Part shown: positions 1 to 13,210 of the stretch, in pieces
Numbering within the stretch: position 1 is the stretch's first letter
How the letters are laid out: every line of letters starts with the position of its first letter
From: Leucoraja ocellata
Taxonomy: Eukaryota
Direction of reading: 5' to 3'
DNA length: 64,000 bases
NCBI GenBank assembly: GCA_036785375.1
Contig: JAWMAR010000123.1
Coordinates: 1,984,001-2,048,000, forward strand
The notes under the pieces: generated by a model
What the model was told of the DNA's origin: nothing
Seen by the model: only the letters and a program-made list of their open reading frames with translations
Databases searched by the model: none
Position numbers and translations under genes: made by a program

Positions 1-680
1 GTAGCTTCTTGAGACTGGCATTTATCACAAATTGGTGAGACGTTAGGGAAAAGTTTATTTATCTTGGGTTTTGAATAGTATAGTCTATGTAATGTTTTGA
101 ATTGAATTAGAGTATGTCTTACGTTAATCGAGCATTTATGCACATATAGTAAGTGTTTATCCCAGCTCTCTTTTGAAATTTTTATAGCTAGTCTTGTTCC
201 CAGTCTCTTCTAATACCGTCAGTTGTAGGTATTTCTATATTTAAAATAGTGTTATATAAGTATGATATTAAGTTTGTCTTCATTGCTTCGTCCAGTAAGT
301 CTGGAGGCATATTAAGATAGTCTTTTGTATATTTTTTCAGATAGTCACATATTTGAAAATATTTAAAATATTGATTATTTCTCAAATTATATTTCAGTTA
401 TAATTGTTGGAATGATAGTAATTTTCCAAATTCATGCGTCTCCGAGCGTTTTGATTCCTATTCTTTCCCATTGTGTGAATGATTTATCTATACTTCCAGG
501 TCTGTACAGGGACTGCCACACTAGAGGGTTTAAACGGCGGATTATTAACTATTGGCGATAAAAGAGATAGATTTCTTAGTTTTAAATTCTGTTTTATTTG
601 TTTCCAAGTTCTAATTGTGCTATGTATAATTGGATTTTTATTGTAATTTGTGTTATTCAGATTCATTGGTGAGAGGAGAA
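1..680 (-). mobile_element. L1-clade LINE ORF2 C-terminal fragment, decayed
   Basis: Interrupted translation NPIIHSTIRTWKQ...LSPIVNNPPFKPS...FTQWERIGIKTLGD...LLSFQQL..KYNLRNNQYFKYFQI resembles fish L1 ORF2. Confidence 0.75.
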
Positions 681-1107
681 TTATAATGTTTACTTTAATT
701 TTTTTCCATCAATCCCAAAAGCACAACCTTATCCTTCTGACCAAATGCAACCAATTCCTCTTTCTCTACTCCTTTTAAGCAAATACCAACAAGCTACTTG
801 CCACTTTAATTTAAATCTTTTTATTTGAATTTCACAGCAATTTGCATACATACATTGATAACGGACAGTGACCGTCACTTTGACTTACTGCATCACGAGT
901 GCATAGTGTGGCAATTGTAAATAATCATCTCTGCATCGCCTCTTTTTTAAATTTAGATCCATATTTTCTTCAAAGCCATGCAGATGTATTTGTTGGTTGT
1001 ATGGTTGATTTTGGTATGCGCTGCTATGTACGTATTTGTACAAAATGCCTTTTCTTTGTACATAAATGCTATAATTGGGGTTTCATTTCTCTTCAACCTA
1101 ATCATAG

Positions 1108-1310
1108 ACCTGCATCTGAATATGCCAGTCCGGGTAGGCCACTGAGTTGCATTGTGGATGAGAATACACCAATAAGCCCAGCTAATGGCGCTTCATGTGG
1201 ACAGACACCTGACCCAAGGATGGCAGAGAGGAGGGTGAGGTCACAAAGACACAGGAATTATATGAGTCGGACGCACTTGCACCTTCCTCCTGATCTCCCG
1301 GAAGGTTATG
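1108..1310 (+). CDS. SMURF2: SMURF2 exon (WW1-WW2 linker and start of WW2): RPASEYASPGRPLSC...PPDLPEGY
   Basis: atcatag|A acceptor, TATG|gtaagt donor, 203 nt; translation recognisable as SMURF2. Confidence 0.95.
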
Positions 1311-1949
1311 GTAAGTCAGTTCATTTCATTTTAAAGGCGATGTTATCTTGAGAATTGTTATTGTTCTATACTGTATCACAGGCTATTTTACTTTATTATT
1401 TTGATAATCAACCATGTCATTGATCAGATTTTCCTCTCTCCACAAATACTGTCTGATCTGCTGAGTATTTCCAGTATTGTTTTTATTTAATCTTTCTAGA
1501 ATCTGCTCTGCATGCCAAAGTTCCAAATAGCCCACATTCATCTCCCTCTATTTACACTCCTCTAGACAAATGGGCTGCGATTAACACGCATTCATCACCC
1601 TCTGAGATGGCTTTAACATCATTTTGTCATTTGGATAACTCTAATTTCCACCCTTTCACAACATGTCCTTGTTTTCTCCAATCTTCCACATTTTTGCTAT
1701 TTAAACCAGGCTTCCTTCTCTTTCTTCCACTTCCTGTGAAGGGTCACTGATCTGAAATCTTAACTACTTTTTCACTCCATAGATGCTGTCTGTCCTTCTG
1801 AGTATCACCAGCATTTTCTATTTTTAGTTCTGGTTTCCAACATCAGCAATATTTTTGATTTTTTTTTTAGCATTTATATAGCTTTGTACATATATTTGAT
1901 TTCTCTACTATTGAGAATAGACCTAACATTGCAGAAGAGACCACATTGG

Positions 1950-2490
1950 ATTCATTTTAATATGAACAAAGAATAGTATAGCACAGGAATAGCCCCTTTG
2001 ACCCACAATGTCAGTGTCGAACATGATGCCAAAACCAACTCTTATCCAAAAGTCTCTTAAATGCCAATTTCTTATCTTCCTCCACCGCCACCCACAGCAG
2101 AGCATTCTAGGCACTTGCTGCCCTCTATGTTAAAAATAACTTGCCCTGCATATCTCCTTTAAACTTTGCCCCTCACTTCAAAACTATGCCCTCTACTGTT
2201 TAATATAACCATCCTGGGAGAAAGGTTCTGACTGTCCACCCTATCTATGCCTCTCATAATTTTATATATCTCTGTATCAGATCTCTCCTCAACCTCTGGC
2301 ATTCAATAGAAAACAATTCAAGTATGTCCACCTCTCCCTGTAACTAACAGCCCATAATCCAGGCTTCGTTCTGGAAAACCACCTCTGCACACTTATCAAA
2401 TCCTCTACATTCTTCCTTTATTGGAGCAACCTGAACTGCACGCAATAGTCCAAATGCAGCCTTAACCAAAGTCCTATAAAATTGCATCGA
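1950..2490 (-). mobile_element. CR1-type LINE 3' fragment
   Basis: Reverse complement of CR1 RT C-terminus and 3'UTR, similar to other copies in the window. Confidence 0.7.
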
Positions 2491-2745
2491 TACTTTAGAT
2501 ATTAGTGATACAGTGGAATCTTCGGCCTACTGAGTCCGTGCCAGCCAGCGATCACCCCATACCCTAGCACTATCCTACACTCTAGAGACAATTTACAATT
2601 TCCAGAAGCCAATGAACTCTTTGGGATGTGAAGGAAACAAGTGCAGTCACAGGGAGAATGTGCAAATTCCACAGACAGTATCCAAGATCTCTGATGCTGT
2701 AAGGCAGCAGTTCTACTAGCTGTAGCACTCTCACATGGTCAGTGG
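2490..2745 (-). mobile_element. tRNA-derived SINE (HE1-like), decayed
   Basis: Reverse complement of SINE body (gtcacagggagaatgtgcaaattccacagacag) with CR1-like tail. Confidence 0.6.
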
Positions 2746-3031
2746 CAGAAAAAAAAAATGCTAAGATATAGGCTATGAACAAAAAGGTGGAACTCCATTC
2801 CAAACCATCTCTACTCCTCTTCCAGATATAGCCAAACTGCTATCTCATCAAGGGGGAGAACATTATTTTGTAATAAAGATTTTTATTAAAAAAGCTCAAT
2901 GCTGTGTTCTCTGGAGAGTGCGTGTGCACACAACTGGGAAACCTGGGTGCAGTCTTCCTTTGAATTAAATTTGCTTATGCAATGTTGAAAGGTTTTGTAT
3001 CTGCACTGTTGGACTATATTGCATCTGCTAG

Positions 3032-3049
3032 GAAATGGTGATGTTTATG
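3032..3049 (+). CDS. SMURF2: Candidate 18-nt alternative microexon of SMURF2 (adds GNGDVY inside WW2)
   Basis: tgcatctgctag|GAAATGGTGATGTTTATG|gtaatg; phase 1-1; TGC motifs upstream; three GCATG motifs at 3089-3102. Confidence 0.55.
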
Positions 3050-3906
3050 GTAATGCTTATTCGAAGTGCATTGATGTCGGTATTTCAAGCATGCATGGCA
3101 TGTACGTGATTGCACTAGAAATGTGAAGAAGAATTTCAGACCATTTTTGCTGTTCTTCCATTGTTTGAGGCTGGGACGTTTTAAAGAGATTCAATTTGTT
3201 GGTGTTGAATGCAGTTCAGCAGTTTAATGTTTGATTTACTGGTAGCTTTCAGTGACTCAAAGTCATTGTCATATTTGTCTTGTTTGACTAAATAATTAAT
3301 TCTCCTAAAGACGATGGGTTTCTTTGCTTTTCATATCGTGGGCCAGTTTGATGCAGTCTAAAAACAGTTTTATATCTGCCTTATTTTTCTCGTGACTATA
3401 CGCTTTAAAGAAATGTTTGTGTTATTTTTCCCTCTGTGAGATCCTGATTTGTGCTTGCATAAAATTTCACAAGGATTTCACAAGGAGTACTTCCATCTTT
3501 TTTTCAAATTTAGAAAGCATCATGGCCAGGCCAAATCCTGCCCACACCTGATATCCCCACACACATTTTCCAGCAAAGGTTGATAGCTGGAGAATCCAGC
3601 CAATTTCTGTTTCATTTTTCACCTTGTGCAAGCTTTTGGGTCGATTGGAGTGCTCCCCCTGCTGTTATTCAGCAACTCAACACAGACCAGAGTTTGAACC
3701 TCCTTAATCTGTATAGCTAACCATCATGTGGGTAGCGTATATAATCTGATGAGTGATATCATGCACATAGATTTGTGTTATCATTATGTCTTGATCCATT
3801 TTGTCACGATCATTTTTGTCAATTTCTTCTATTATTTTATGTTGTCTTACCATGGAATTTATTTATTTTCCGCTTATTGATCTTATCAAGCCATTATTTA
3901 CATTGT

Positions 3907-4120
3907 GGCACAGTGGTGCAGCTGGTAGCATAGCAGCCTTGCAGCACGCGAGAACCGAGTTTGATCCTGACCTTGGGTGCCTTGGGTGTGGAGATTGCAC
4001 ATACGGGGAGTGGGTGAGAAAGTAGGAGAACATAGAACTAGTGCGAACGGGTAATCAATAGATTCTGTGGACTCAGCAGATCAAAGGGCCTATTTCCATG
4101 CTGTGCCTTTCAATCAATCA
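3907..4120 (+). mobile_element. tRNA-derived SINE (HE1-like)
   Basis: A-box TGGTGCAGCTGG (3914-3925), B-box GAGTTTGATCC (3957-3967), CR1-like tail ending in (tcaa)n. Confidence 0.75.
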
Positions 4121-5267
4121 ATTTAAATTCATTACTGTTCATAATATTCAATGGCATAGATTTCATAGAGGCTGTTATGCCAAAAGTCAAACAGAGCCAT
4201 ACAGCACGGAAACAGGCCTTTCGGCCCAACTCGCCCATACTGACTATGCGACTGCAGTCTGTGCTTATTACCATTCCATTCCATTTTGCATTTTCCCTGG
4301 CACCCACTCATCATCCAACCCCAACCCCTACCCTCTCATTTGTACGCCATTACCCCTCAAAACGGACAGATCACTTCTTGGAAAACCTGGTATTGCTTCC
4401 ATTTTGTTACGAATCTGACCTTGCTATGAATTAAGGCACCTAATAAAAAGATACATAGGAATTCTCACCCAACACTTCCCTTAACTTTAGGGAATCATTT
4501 TGAATTACATAGAATTTTACACAGATTATTGTTCTGCTGTACTCATTAAGCATGGCGTATTATTGATTTATGCTGCTAGAATATATTGTCAAAGTTCTTC
4601 CATTATGTTCAAACTAGTTATCTTTTCTCGAGAACTTGAGTTAGCAAATAAAAAATTGTAGAAATTAATCCAAAGCTTATATTGTGCAGACCACTGGTTC
4701 TTGAATTAAAAACAGTATTTCTCACATTGCCCTTCACTGTGCTAGATGTCAGGTTTAAGGTGTATCGTGTATGGACAATGCAAATCCATCTTGTATAACT
4801 TTATGTATGGAAGTGGCAAATAGGGAAGAAACAAGTTCTGTTATTGCTACGAGTTTGATTTTTATCTTGTAACTATTTAAAGTTTTGGATAAATGTGGAT
4901 TGGGATCCCAATGCTTCAGTGTAGACTGAACAGGAAAAATTGTGGTAATTCTTCGACCTCCAAGTGGTCAGTAATAGTGGTTTGGCAGAGCTCTGGAGCC
5001 TGATTCATTTGTCAGTTGTTCTGTTTGACATGATTTAGGGAGAGGGAATGTAAAAGAAAATGTTTTGAAATGGTTCTATTTCTATTCATGAATATCTGCC
5101 AGTTTCAATCCTACAAATGTGCAACCCCAACATAGTCATTTTCTTTTAATGGTCTTGTCATGTGAAATGTAGGAACTGTTGAAATTCCTGCTGGTGCAGA
5201 TCTTATCAGCTGCAACTAAGTTCACCTTTACTGCTACCGTCATTACTATTTATTATATTTTATATAG

Positions 5268-5352
5268 AACAAAGAACAACGCAACAAGGTCAGGTGTACT
5301 TTCTGCACACACAGACTGGGGTGAGCACATGGCATGATCCTCGCGTACCCAG
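5268..5352 (+). CDS. SMURF2: SMURF2 exon, WW2: EQRTTQQGQVYFLHTQTGVSTWHDPRVPR
   Basis: tatatag|AA acceptor, CAG|gtaaag donor, 85 nt, in frame with flanking exons. Confidence 0.97.
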
Positions 5353-6442
5353 GTAAAGGAAACCTGGCCTAATGGGTTTATGTCGACCGTAGCTCAAGAT
5401 TATTTAGTTTACGTGATAGAAAATATAAATAATTTGTTAAAAACCCACATTATTTCTTATAACTCTTTTCAATCTAGAATGTAAAAATTGTGGAACCCTT
5501 TGTGTTAGTGAAATATTGATGTGCAATACAAAAAATTAATATTCTTAAGAAATTGAATTTTATGTGCTTATTTAAAACTGCCTGATAACAACAATGTATG
5601 TTTCAATATTATTTCCTCTTTTGCATTACCTTCTACTCTGCTTAGTGTTTCCCTATCAAAACAATAGGCTGTACAACTTGTCCCTGCTCTGGCCATTGTT
5701 AGGCTCACAACTGTTGGTGACATCACAGTGATTGTAATGTCCCAGTTAAAATTGGAAATTCTTCCTTTGAGAAATTCTTGCCACTAGTAGACGTTAATTG
5801 GAAGCAAAGCAATTCTACACATAGGTAGAGAATGCATCTACGTATGTCACAAAGCAATTGGCACCCAGTTAAAGGAAACTTTTGGCAGAGGTCCAAGAGT
5901 AGGTCAGTTGCCTTCAGATTTAGCTGGGGATCAGCGTAGTTGTTGAGCGGGAGCATTTTTGGAAAGAATGAATGTTAAAACAATGAGGGGATTAAAAAAA
6001 AAAAAGTTTATTTGAACGAAACTTGCCAAACAGACTATCCAGGTTGCGGGCAGTGTCACAGAGCATAGATATGTTATACATTTTGTGGTAAAGATTTTGG
6101 TTGAAAGCAAATTTTTCTGTTTCTGTGTACTTTGGGAAGAGCTCTCAGCATAATATGAATGTGAAAGGTACCGGAACATTTGTTTTTAATGGATTTATTC
6201 CTTGGGATAAAGCCATTTGGCTGAGACTGTGGTTAAAATGTAGATTAATGATATGACAGCCTAGTTTTGAGGCCTATGCAGGTTTTGTAAGCTTGTATCT
6301 TGGGATACTAAAGGATTCTAGCAGAAAGTATCAAGTTCTTGGAACACTCTGGTTTTTCTGACATTATGGAATTGTATTCCTTACCATTTTAATTGGTTTG
6401 GCATGAAGCACGCTGAGGTAGCCGTCTATGTTTGTTTTGCAG

Positions 6443-6601
6443 GGATCTTAGCAACGTAAATTGTGAGGAACTAGGGCCATTACCTCCGGGCTGGGAAATT
6501 CGCAACACAGCAACAGGAAGGGTCTACTTTGTTGACCACAACAACAGAACAACACAGTTTACAGACCCAAGATTGTCCGCTAATTTGCATTTTATTTTAA
6601 A
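6443..6601 (+). CDS. SMURF2: SMURF2 exon, WW3: [52 protein letters not shown]
   Basis: tttgcag|G acceptor, AA|gtaagt donor, 159 nt. Confidence 0.97.
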
Positions 6602-8019
6602 GTAAGTAATTAAACTTTTTTGTCCCTGACTTCACCCCTTTCCCGCACATCTTGTTAAAAAATCTAAATTATTTTACACAGTGAATTACAAACATGGTTT
6701 TTGGATGTCCTTATTATTTAAATTGGTATTGTTTTTTTTCCCCCAATGCAGCTGTTTAAACAGCATTTGAAAACAAATATTAACATCAGTCTGGAATAGT
6801 TTGGTTGTACACTTATTAAATTGTCCCATCAAAACATTTGAAGCTTGGCTATTAGCAGGGTTGAAATATTTCAGATTTGCCAACAGCTCTGATTTATGTT
6901 AAATGTTCCAGACTTCTCAGAGTTATGTTTTGTTACCAAACACTTAGTCTTTAATGTTCTGCCCTTGCACAGAATGTCTTGCTTTGAGGGAAAAAAGAAC
7001 TTTTGTTTGATGATATTCCCATCTGATGGTTCACAAAATATGTTTAACATTTTCTTTCATGTCAAGCACCTGAGGTCTCTGCAGTGACTTTATACTGTAT
7101 GGCAGAACTAATTAATCCATGATCAAATGGAGATTATAGTAACAAATAGGATAAATCTTCAGTGTAAAAGATCCAGAAATGGAGAAAAAAACATGCAAAA
7201 AGTATTTTGTACCAAATAAAATTTCCCAGCTGGAATTGCATTCACTTGCACGAGTTTGAAACTGGTAGAGAACAAGTGTTCACGATAGTCAACATACATG
7301 AATGTATAATCCAGAATGGGTACAGATGATTTAGCTGATTACAAAGAATGTTCTGTCAAGTGCAGTCAAATAACTTAAATGTCCAATAAATTGAGCAATT
7401 TCCTTAATAGCCATCTTCAGTCCAATAGACATTTCCTTTAATATTTTATTGCTTGCTTGTGGGGCAAATTATGCTGCTTATGCATAATTCAGATTTTGGA
7501 TTAACATTTTAGATTTATATTTAAGCATCCAAAGAACTGAATATTGCTTCAATCATTTTCAGCTCCCATTTTACAGATACAAATGAATGTTAAATGTTGG
7601 GTAGAAGCGTTGGAACATTTGGATGAAGGGGATAGCCTTTCTGGGCAGATTTGTTCGCTGTGTGAGTTTTTAATTAGTATAGCTTGGACTGCTGATCATG
7701 TTCCAAATCCCAAAGCACATTATTTGGATTTTGTTTTGGAAAGGAGGTGTGAAACATTTGCCCCATAACTGCAAAGGAGTACCATCTGTCTCAAAGGATT
7801 TGAATACGTTCTTTAAATTAATCGGTGGATGGCTGTTACAACAAAATAAAATAAATATAATTAGTGCAGGAAGAAAGACTTCAAAAAGGAAGTGGATATT
7901 AAAGAAACAGTCGTGCATACGACAGCAGTAATCAATACAGTGACTCAAGATTAGTGATGAAAACCATAAAATGGTACAGCGATTATCCACCTTTTATTTG
8001 AAAGGACAAATGAAAATTA

Positions 8020-8367
8020 GATAGACATAGAAAATAGGTGCAGGAGGAGGCCATTCGGCCCTTCGAGCCTGCACCACCATTCAATATGATCATGGATGAT
8101 CATCCAACTCCGTATCCTGTACCTGCCTTCTCTCCATACCCCCTGATCCCTTTAGCCACAAGGTCCACATCTAACTCCCTATTAAATATAGCCAATGAAC
8201 TGGCCTCAACTACCTTCTGTGGCGGAGAATTCCAGAGATTCACCACTCTCTGTGTGAAAAATGTTTCCCTCATCTCGGTCCTAAAAGATTTTCCCCCATA
8301 TCCTTAAACTGTGACCCCCTTGTTCTGGACTTCCCCAACATCGGGAACAATCTTTCTGCATCTAGTG
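8020..8367 (-). mobile_element. CR1-type LINE 3' end, low divergence
   Basis: tagacatagaaaataggtgcaggaggaggccattcggcccttcgagc tail shared with copies at 17795, 46450, 48170 and 61240. Confidence 0.85.
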
Positions 8368-8616
8368 TGTCGGGGTCACCAATTTAGCGAGTCGAGACGT
8401 CAGTCGTTTTCACAAACGAGCTTTATTGTCAAAGCAGTGAAAACAACAAGGATCAAATGACAGCTAATACAAAACGATGTTACCACAACGGTGGTCGAAG
8501 TAATGAATGGGGCTGGCCCAGAAACGTGCGAAAACAAAACCCCTCCCACAGTCACATGACCAAGGTAACCGACCGCAGGGTTCGACTACCTACCGGCACC
8601 AGCAGGTGTCGCTATA
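8368..8616 (-). mobile_element. Probable solo LTR (Gypsy-like), ~250 bp
   Basis: CpG-rich block; minus strand runs TATAGCGACACC...CCCCGACA (decayed TG...CA) with an internal AATAAA; no TSD found. Confidence 0.55.
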
Positions 8617-9796
8617 ACCCATTGTCACTTTTTATTTTACTTTTATTACTTTGCATTGAAGTCGGGCACAATGCATAATAATGGATGAATGCTTTAAATT
8701 GATTTTTTAATAATTAATTACTATACTTTGTTTTATTTTTATTTTTTATTATGGATACTGTGCTGAAGGAGGGACACGAACCAAGGATCAAATCTACAGT
8801 ATCAACATACAAGGTGAAGTAATTGGAGCATTATCTGAAAGATGAGCAATGCCACTTTATTCATTCACATTTTCTAAGTCGGAAATAGCTTATATTGGAC
8901 AGGAGAAGGAAAAAGGAAAGTAAGATTGGATGAGTGGTATATCCTGATTATCAGGGGGGTTGATTTTTCTTGGATAGGTACCCATTGCTGAAAATTAATT
9001 GGATGATGGAATAGATGCCCTAAATAGTGCAAAAAGAGCATTTTAAGAACTCAAACAATCAAACAAAAGTTAGGAGGGTGAACCTGATGGATTTTGGTAA
9101 TATTAATTATCGTGGAGAAGCATGTTGCCAACTAAATCATAAAATATAATAAGAGTGGATACCATGTTTGATAACCTTTGAATTTGACTTGGAATTACCA
9201 AAAGTAAAAAGATAGTTGACAAAATTATGGTTTGGAAAAAAAGTCTGGGTTGACTGTAGCCCAGTGGGTGGCTATTTTATGTTATTTGCGGTTAATCTGA
9301 ATCATATTGTCCGTCTTGGATTAAACAGTGTAATTTTTATCAATCTGCATTTTTTCTCTCTCACAGTTTTGTACTATGGAGAGTGGTAATGTATTAGGAA
9401 AGGGTTAGAAATAAGGTATCAGCCTTAACTCCTCACATAGTACCAACTGATGTTATAACATGATATAACTTCAATTGATAGGATTTTTCAAAATGTTTTT
9501 GATTAAATTATCGTAGCCCACCCTTCATTTTACAGGTAGTAAGCAATGAATTATACCCATAATTTATCTGATGTTGATAATTACATAACGTCAAGAATAA
9601 TAACAGGATTGTTTGTTTGCTTGGGGATCATTCTGTTTGTCATTCTTAGAATTTTACTATTCCGTGTCCCTGGTATCACCAGGATTATAAAATCAGTGAT
9701 GGTTGTCTGAATTACATTTCTCTTTGTTGAACCATTCAATATTTAACATTTATAAAGTGTGTGGTTCTGACAGCAGTCCATGCTTTGAGTGCCTGC

Positions 9797-12533
9797 AAGA
9801 CGTGGCTGCAAGAGGATTGGAGCTGGGAGCTAAATATTCAGGTTTATGCTTCATATCAGAATGACAGGAAGGTGGGCAGAGGGGTGTGGTAGCCTGTTGG
9901 CTAGGAATGAAATTCAGTCCTTAGTGAGGGGTGACATAGGATCAGAAGATGTAGAGTCATTGTGGATAGAGCTGAGAAATTATAATGGGTAAAAAAACCC
10001 TAATGGGAGTTATTTACAGGCCCCCAAACAGCCAGGGTATAGGATACAAGTAACATCAGGAGATAAAATTGGCATGTTAAAAGGGCAATGCTACGGTGGG
10101 CATGGGGGATTTCAATATGCAGGTAGACTGGGAAAATCAGGTTTGTACTGGACCCCAAGAAAGGGAATTTGTAGAGTGCCTCCAAGATGGATTCTTAGAG
10201 CAGCTTGTAGTGGAGCCGACCAGGGAAAAGGCAATTTTGGATTTAGTGTTATGCAATGAATGGAATTGATAAGGGAACTCAAGGTAAAGGAACCATTAGG
10301 AGGTAGCGATCACAATGTGATACGTTTTATTCTGAAATTTGAGAGGGACAAGGTGAAATTGGATGTGTGGGTATTGCAGCTGGGTAATGGAGCTGGTCAA
10401 AGTTGACTGGAAAGGGACCCTTGCAGGGGTGACGGTGGAGCAGCAATGGCAGGAATTTCTGGGAATAATCCGGAAGATGCAGGATCTTTTCATTCCAAAG
10501 AGGAAGAAAGATTCTAGCAGGAGAAAGAGGCGACTGTGGATGACAAGGGAAGTCAAGGGCAGTATAAAACTAAAGAGAAGGCGTATAACATAGTGAAGAT
10601 TAATGGGATTGGGTAGCTTTTAAAGAACAACAGAGGGTAACTAAAAAGACAATACGGGGAGAAAAGATTAAATACAAAGGTAAGCTAGCCAATAATATCA
10701 AAGAGGATAGCAAGAGTTTCTTCAGTTATAACGAGCAAGAAAGAGGTGAGAGTTGGACCGCTGGAGAATGATGCAGGAGAAGTGATAATGGGGAATATAG
10801 AAATGGTAGAGGAGTTGAATAACTTTTGCATCAGTCTTCACAGTGGAAGACACCAGCAACGTGCCTGAAATTCAAGAGAGTCGGGGTGGAAGTTGGTGCA
10901 GTGGCTATTACCAGGGAGAAGGTACTTGGGAAGCTGAAAGAGCTGAAGGTGGATAGGTCAACTGGGCCGGATGGACTGCACTCTTAAGGTTCTGAAAGAG
11001 GTGGCTTTAGAGATTGTGGGGGCATTGATAGTGATATTTCAGGAATCACTAGAGTCAGGAGTGGTCCCATATGTTTGGAAAATTGCCAATATTACCCCGC
11101 TGCACAAAAAGAGAACAAGGCAGAACAGTGGGAACTGTAGGCCAGTTAGTCTGACTTTAGTGGTTGGTATGATATTAGAGTCCATTATTAAGAATGACGT
11201 TACGGAGTACTTAGAAGTTTGCGATAAAATAGGCCAAAGTTTGCATGGCTTTGTTAAGGTGGAGGTCATGCCTTACAAATTTGCTGGAATTCTTTGAGGA
11301 AATAAATAGCAGGACAGGCAAAGGAGAGTCAGTAGATGTTGTTTACTTAGATTTTCAGAAAGCCTTTGATGAGGTGCCACTCGTTAGGCTGCTTAGGAAG
11401 ATGAGAGCCCACGGTATCAAAGGACAGATACTAGCATGGATAGCGGGTTGGCTGGATGGCAGAAGACAAAGAGTGGCAATAACAGGGGCTTTTTATGGTT
11501 GCTGCCAGTGACTAGTGGAGTTCCGCAAAGGTCGGTTCTGGGGCCGCTACTCTTCACGTTGTATATTAATCATTTGGATGAGGGGATTGAAAACTTTGTG
11601 GCAAAGTTTGCAGATGATATGAAATAAGTGGAGGGGCAGGTGGTGTAGAGAAAATAGGGACTCTGAAGAAGGACTTGGACTGGTTGGGAGAGTGGTTGGG
11701 CAGAGAAGTGGCAGATGGTATATAATGTAGCAAAGTGTGGAGTCATGCATTTTGGTAGTAGGAGTAAAGGCATAGACTATTTTCTAAATGGGATGAGCAC
11801 CCAGAAATCAGAGGTGCAAAGGGACTTGGGAGTGCTGGTACAGGATTCCCAACAAATAAATCTGCAAGTCCAATCGGTAGTAAGAAAGCAAACTCAATTC
11901 TAGCATTTATTTCAAGAGGCTTTGTATACAAAAACCAGGATGTAATCTTGAGGCTTTATAAGGTGCAGGTAAGGTTGCATTTGGAATATTGTGAGCAATC
12001 TTGGGCACTATGTCTATGGAACGATGTGCTGGATTTGGAGAGGGTACAGAGGAAGTTTACAAGAATGATCCCAGGAATAATCTATAATGAGCATTTGTCG
12101 GCACTGGGCCTGTACTCGCTGGAGTTCAGAAGAATGAGGGGGGACCTCATTGAAACATAAAGAATAGTGAAATGCTTTGATATAGTGGATGTAGAGAGGA
12201 TGTTTCCACTAGCGAGAGAGTCTAGGACTAGAGGTCATAGCTTCAGAATTAAAGGATGTTATTTTAGGAAGATGAGTAGAAATTTCTTTAGACAGAGGGT
12301 TGTGAATCAGTGAAATTCTTTGCCACAGAAGGCTGTGGAGGCAGTCAGTGGATATTTTTAAGGCAGAGATAGATAGATTCTTGATTAGTACAGTCAGATT
12401 CTTGATTAGTGTCAATAAGTTATAGGGAGAAGGCAAGAGAATGGGATTAGGAGGGAGAGATAGATCAGCCATGATTGAATGGCGGAGTAGACTTGATGGG
12501 CCGAATGGCCTAATTCTACTCCTATTCCTCATG
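9797..12533 (+). mobile_element. CR1-type (HER1-like) LINE, most of ORF2 (APE endonuclease remnant and RT) plus 3' tail, many frameshifts and stops
   Basis: Motifs [79 protein letters not shown]. Confidence 0.95.
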
Positions 12534-12644
12534 ACCTTGGGTTCCTATTAAACCTTTTCCCCCTCACCTTAAACCTATGTCCGCTGGTTCTCAATTCTCC
12601 TACTCTGGGCAAGAGATTCTGTGCATTTACCTGATCTATTCTCA

Positions 12645-13210
12645 TTGGACACAGAATATTGTCCGGGGAACCAAATAGTCTTTCCAGGTAAGGTGTTGCC
12701 TGCCATTTTAAATTCACCAAGCCACTCCCACCCTGACCCCTCTTTCTCTACTACAATGAGGCCAATGTAAGGTTGAGGAGCAGCACCTTTTTTTGAAAAT
12801 CCAGGCATGTTGCAGACTGCAGGTCTCAAAACTGAATTCTTCAATTTCAGATAATTTGCTCTTTCTGTTTATATTAATATTGCCTATTTGTGCTTGCCAT
12901 TCCACTTTTCCTTTATTTTCTATCATTGAGCTGCTGGGCACATCGAGACTTCACAATATTAGCCGCACATTACATAAAAAGCTCAGCCATCCACTTAATG
13001 ACTGCATCATTTCAACATATTACAGACATTCCCTTTGTTCCACCCGTGGCCTTCCCCCATCTTCTCTGCTACTTTAACTAACTTGATTTTTTTCCCTCAG
13101 TTCTGACGGCCTGCAAACCTGAAAGTTTCCCTTTCCAATGCTTTCCAAACCTGCTGCATTTTTCCAGCATTTTCTATTTTTATTTCAGTTCATCTGCAGT
13201 TTTTGATTTA
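12645..13210 (+). mobile_element. Penelope-like element 3' fragment, decayed
   Basis: Remnant of EEQHL...LQ..GL.TEFFNF C-terminus plus the shared tail cctgctg...tccagcattttc...catctgcagttttt. Confidence 0.6.

Noticed and set aside
899-1351. 150-aa ORF as a standalone gene
   Set aside because: Only 1108-1310 is SMURF2 exon; the rest is intron read-through. The same applies to the ORFs at 27040, 30636, 34376, 38431, 49915, 51566, 54176 and 55255.
12375-12411. Direct repeat agattcttgattagt
   Set aside because: Local tandem duplication inside a CR1 tail; not an array.
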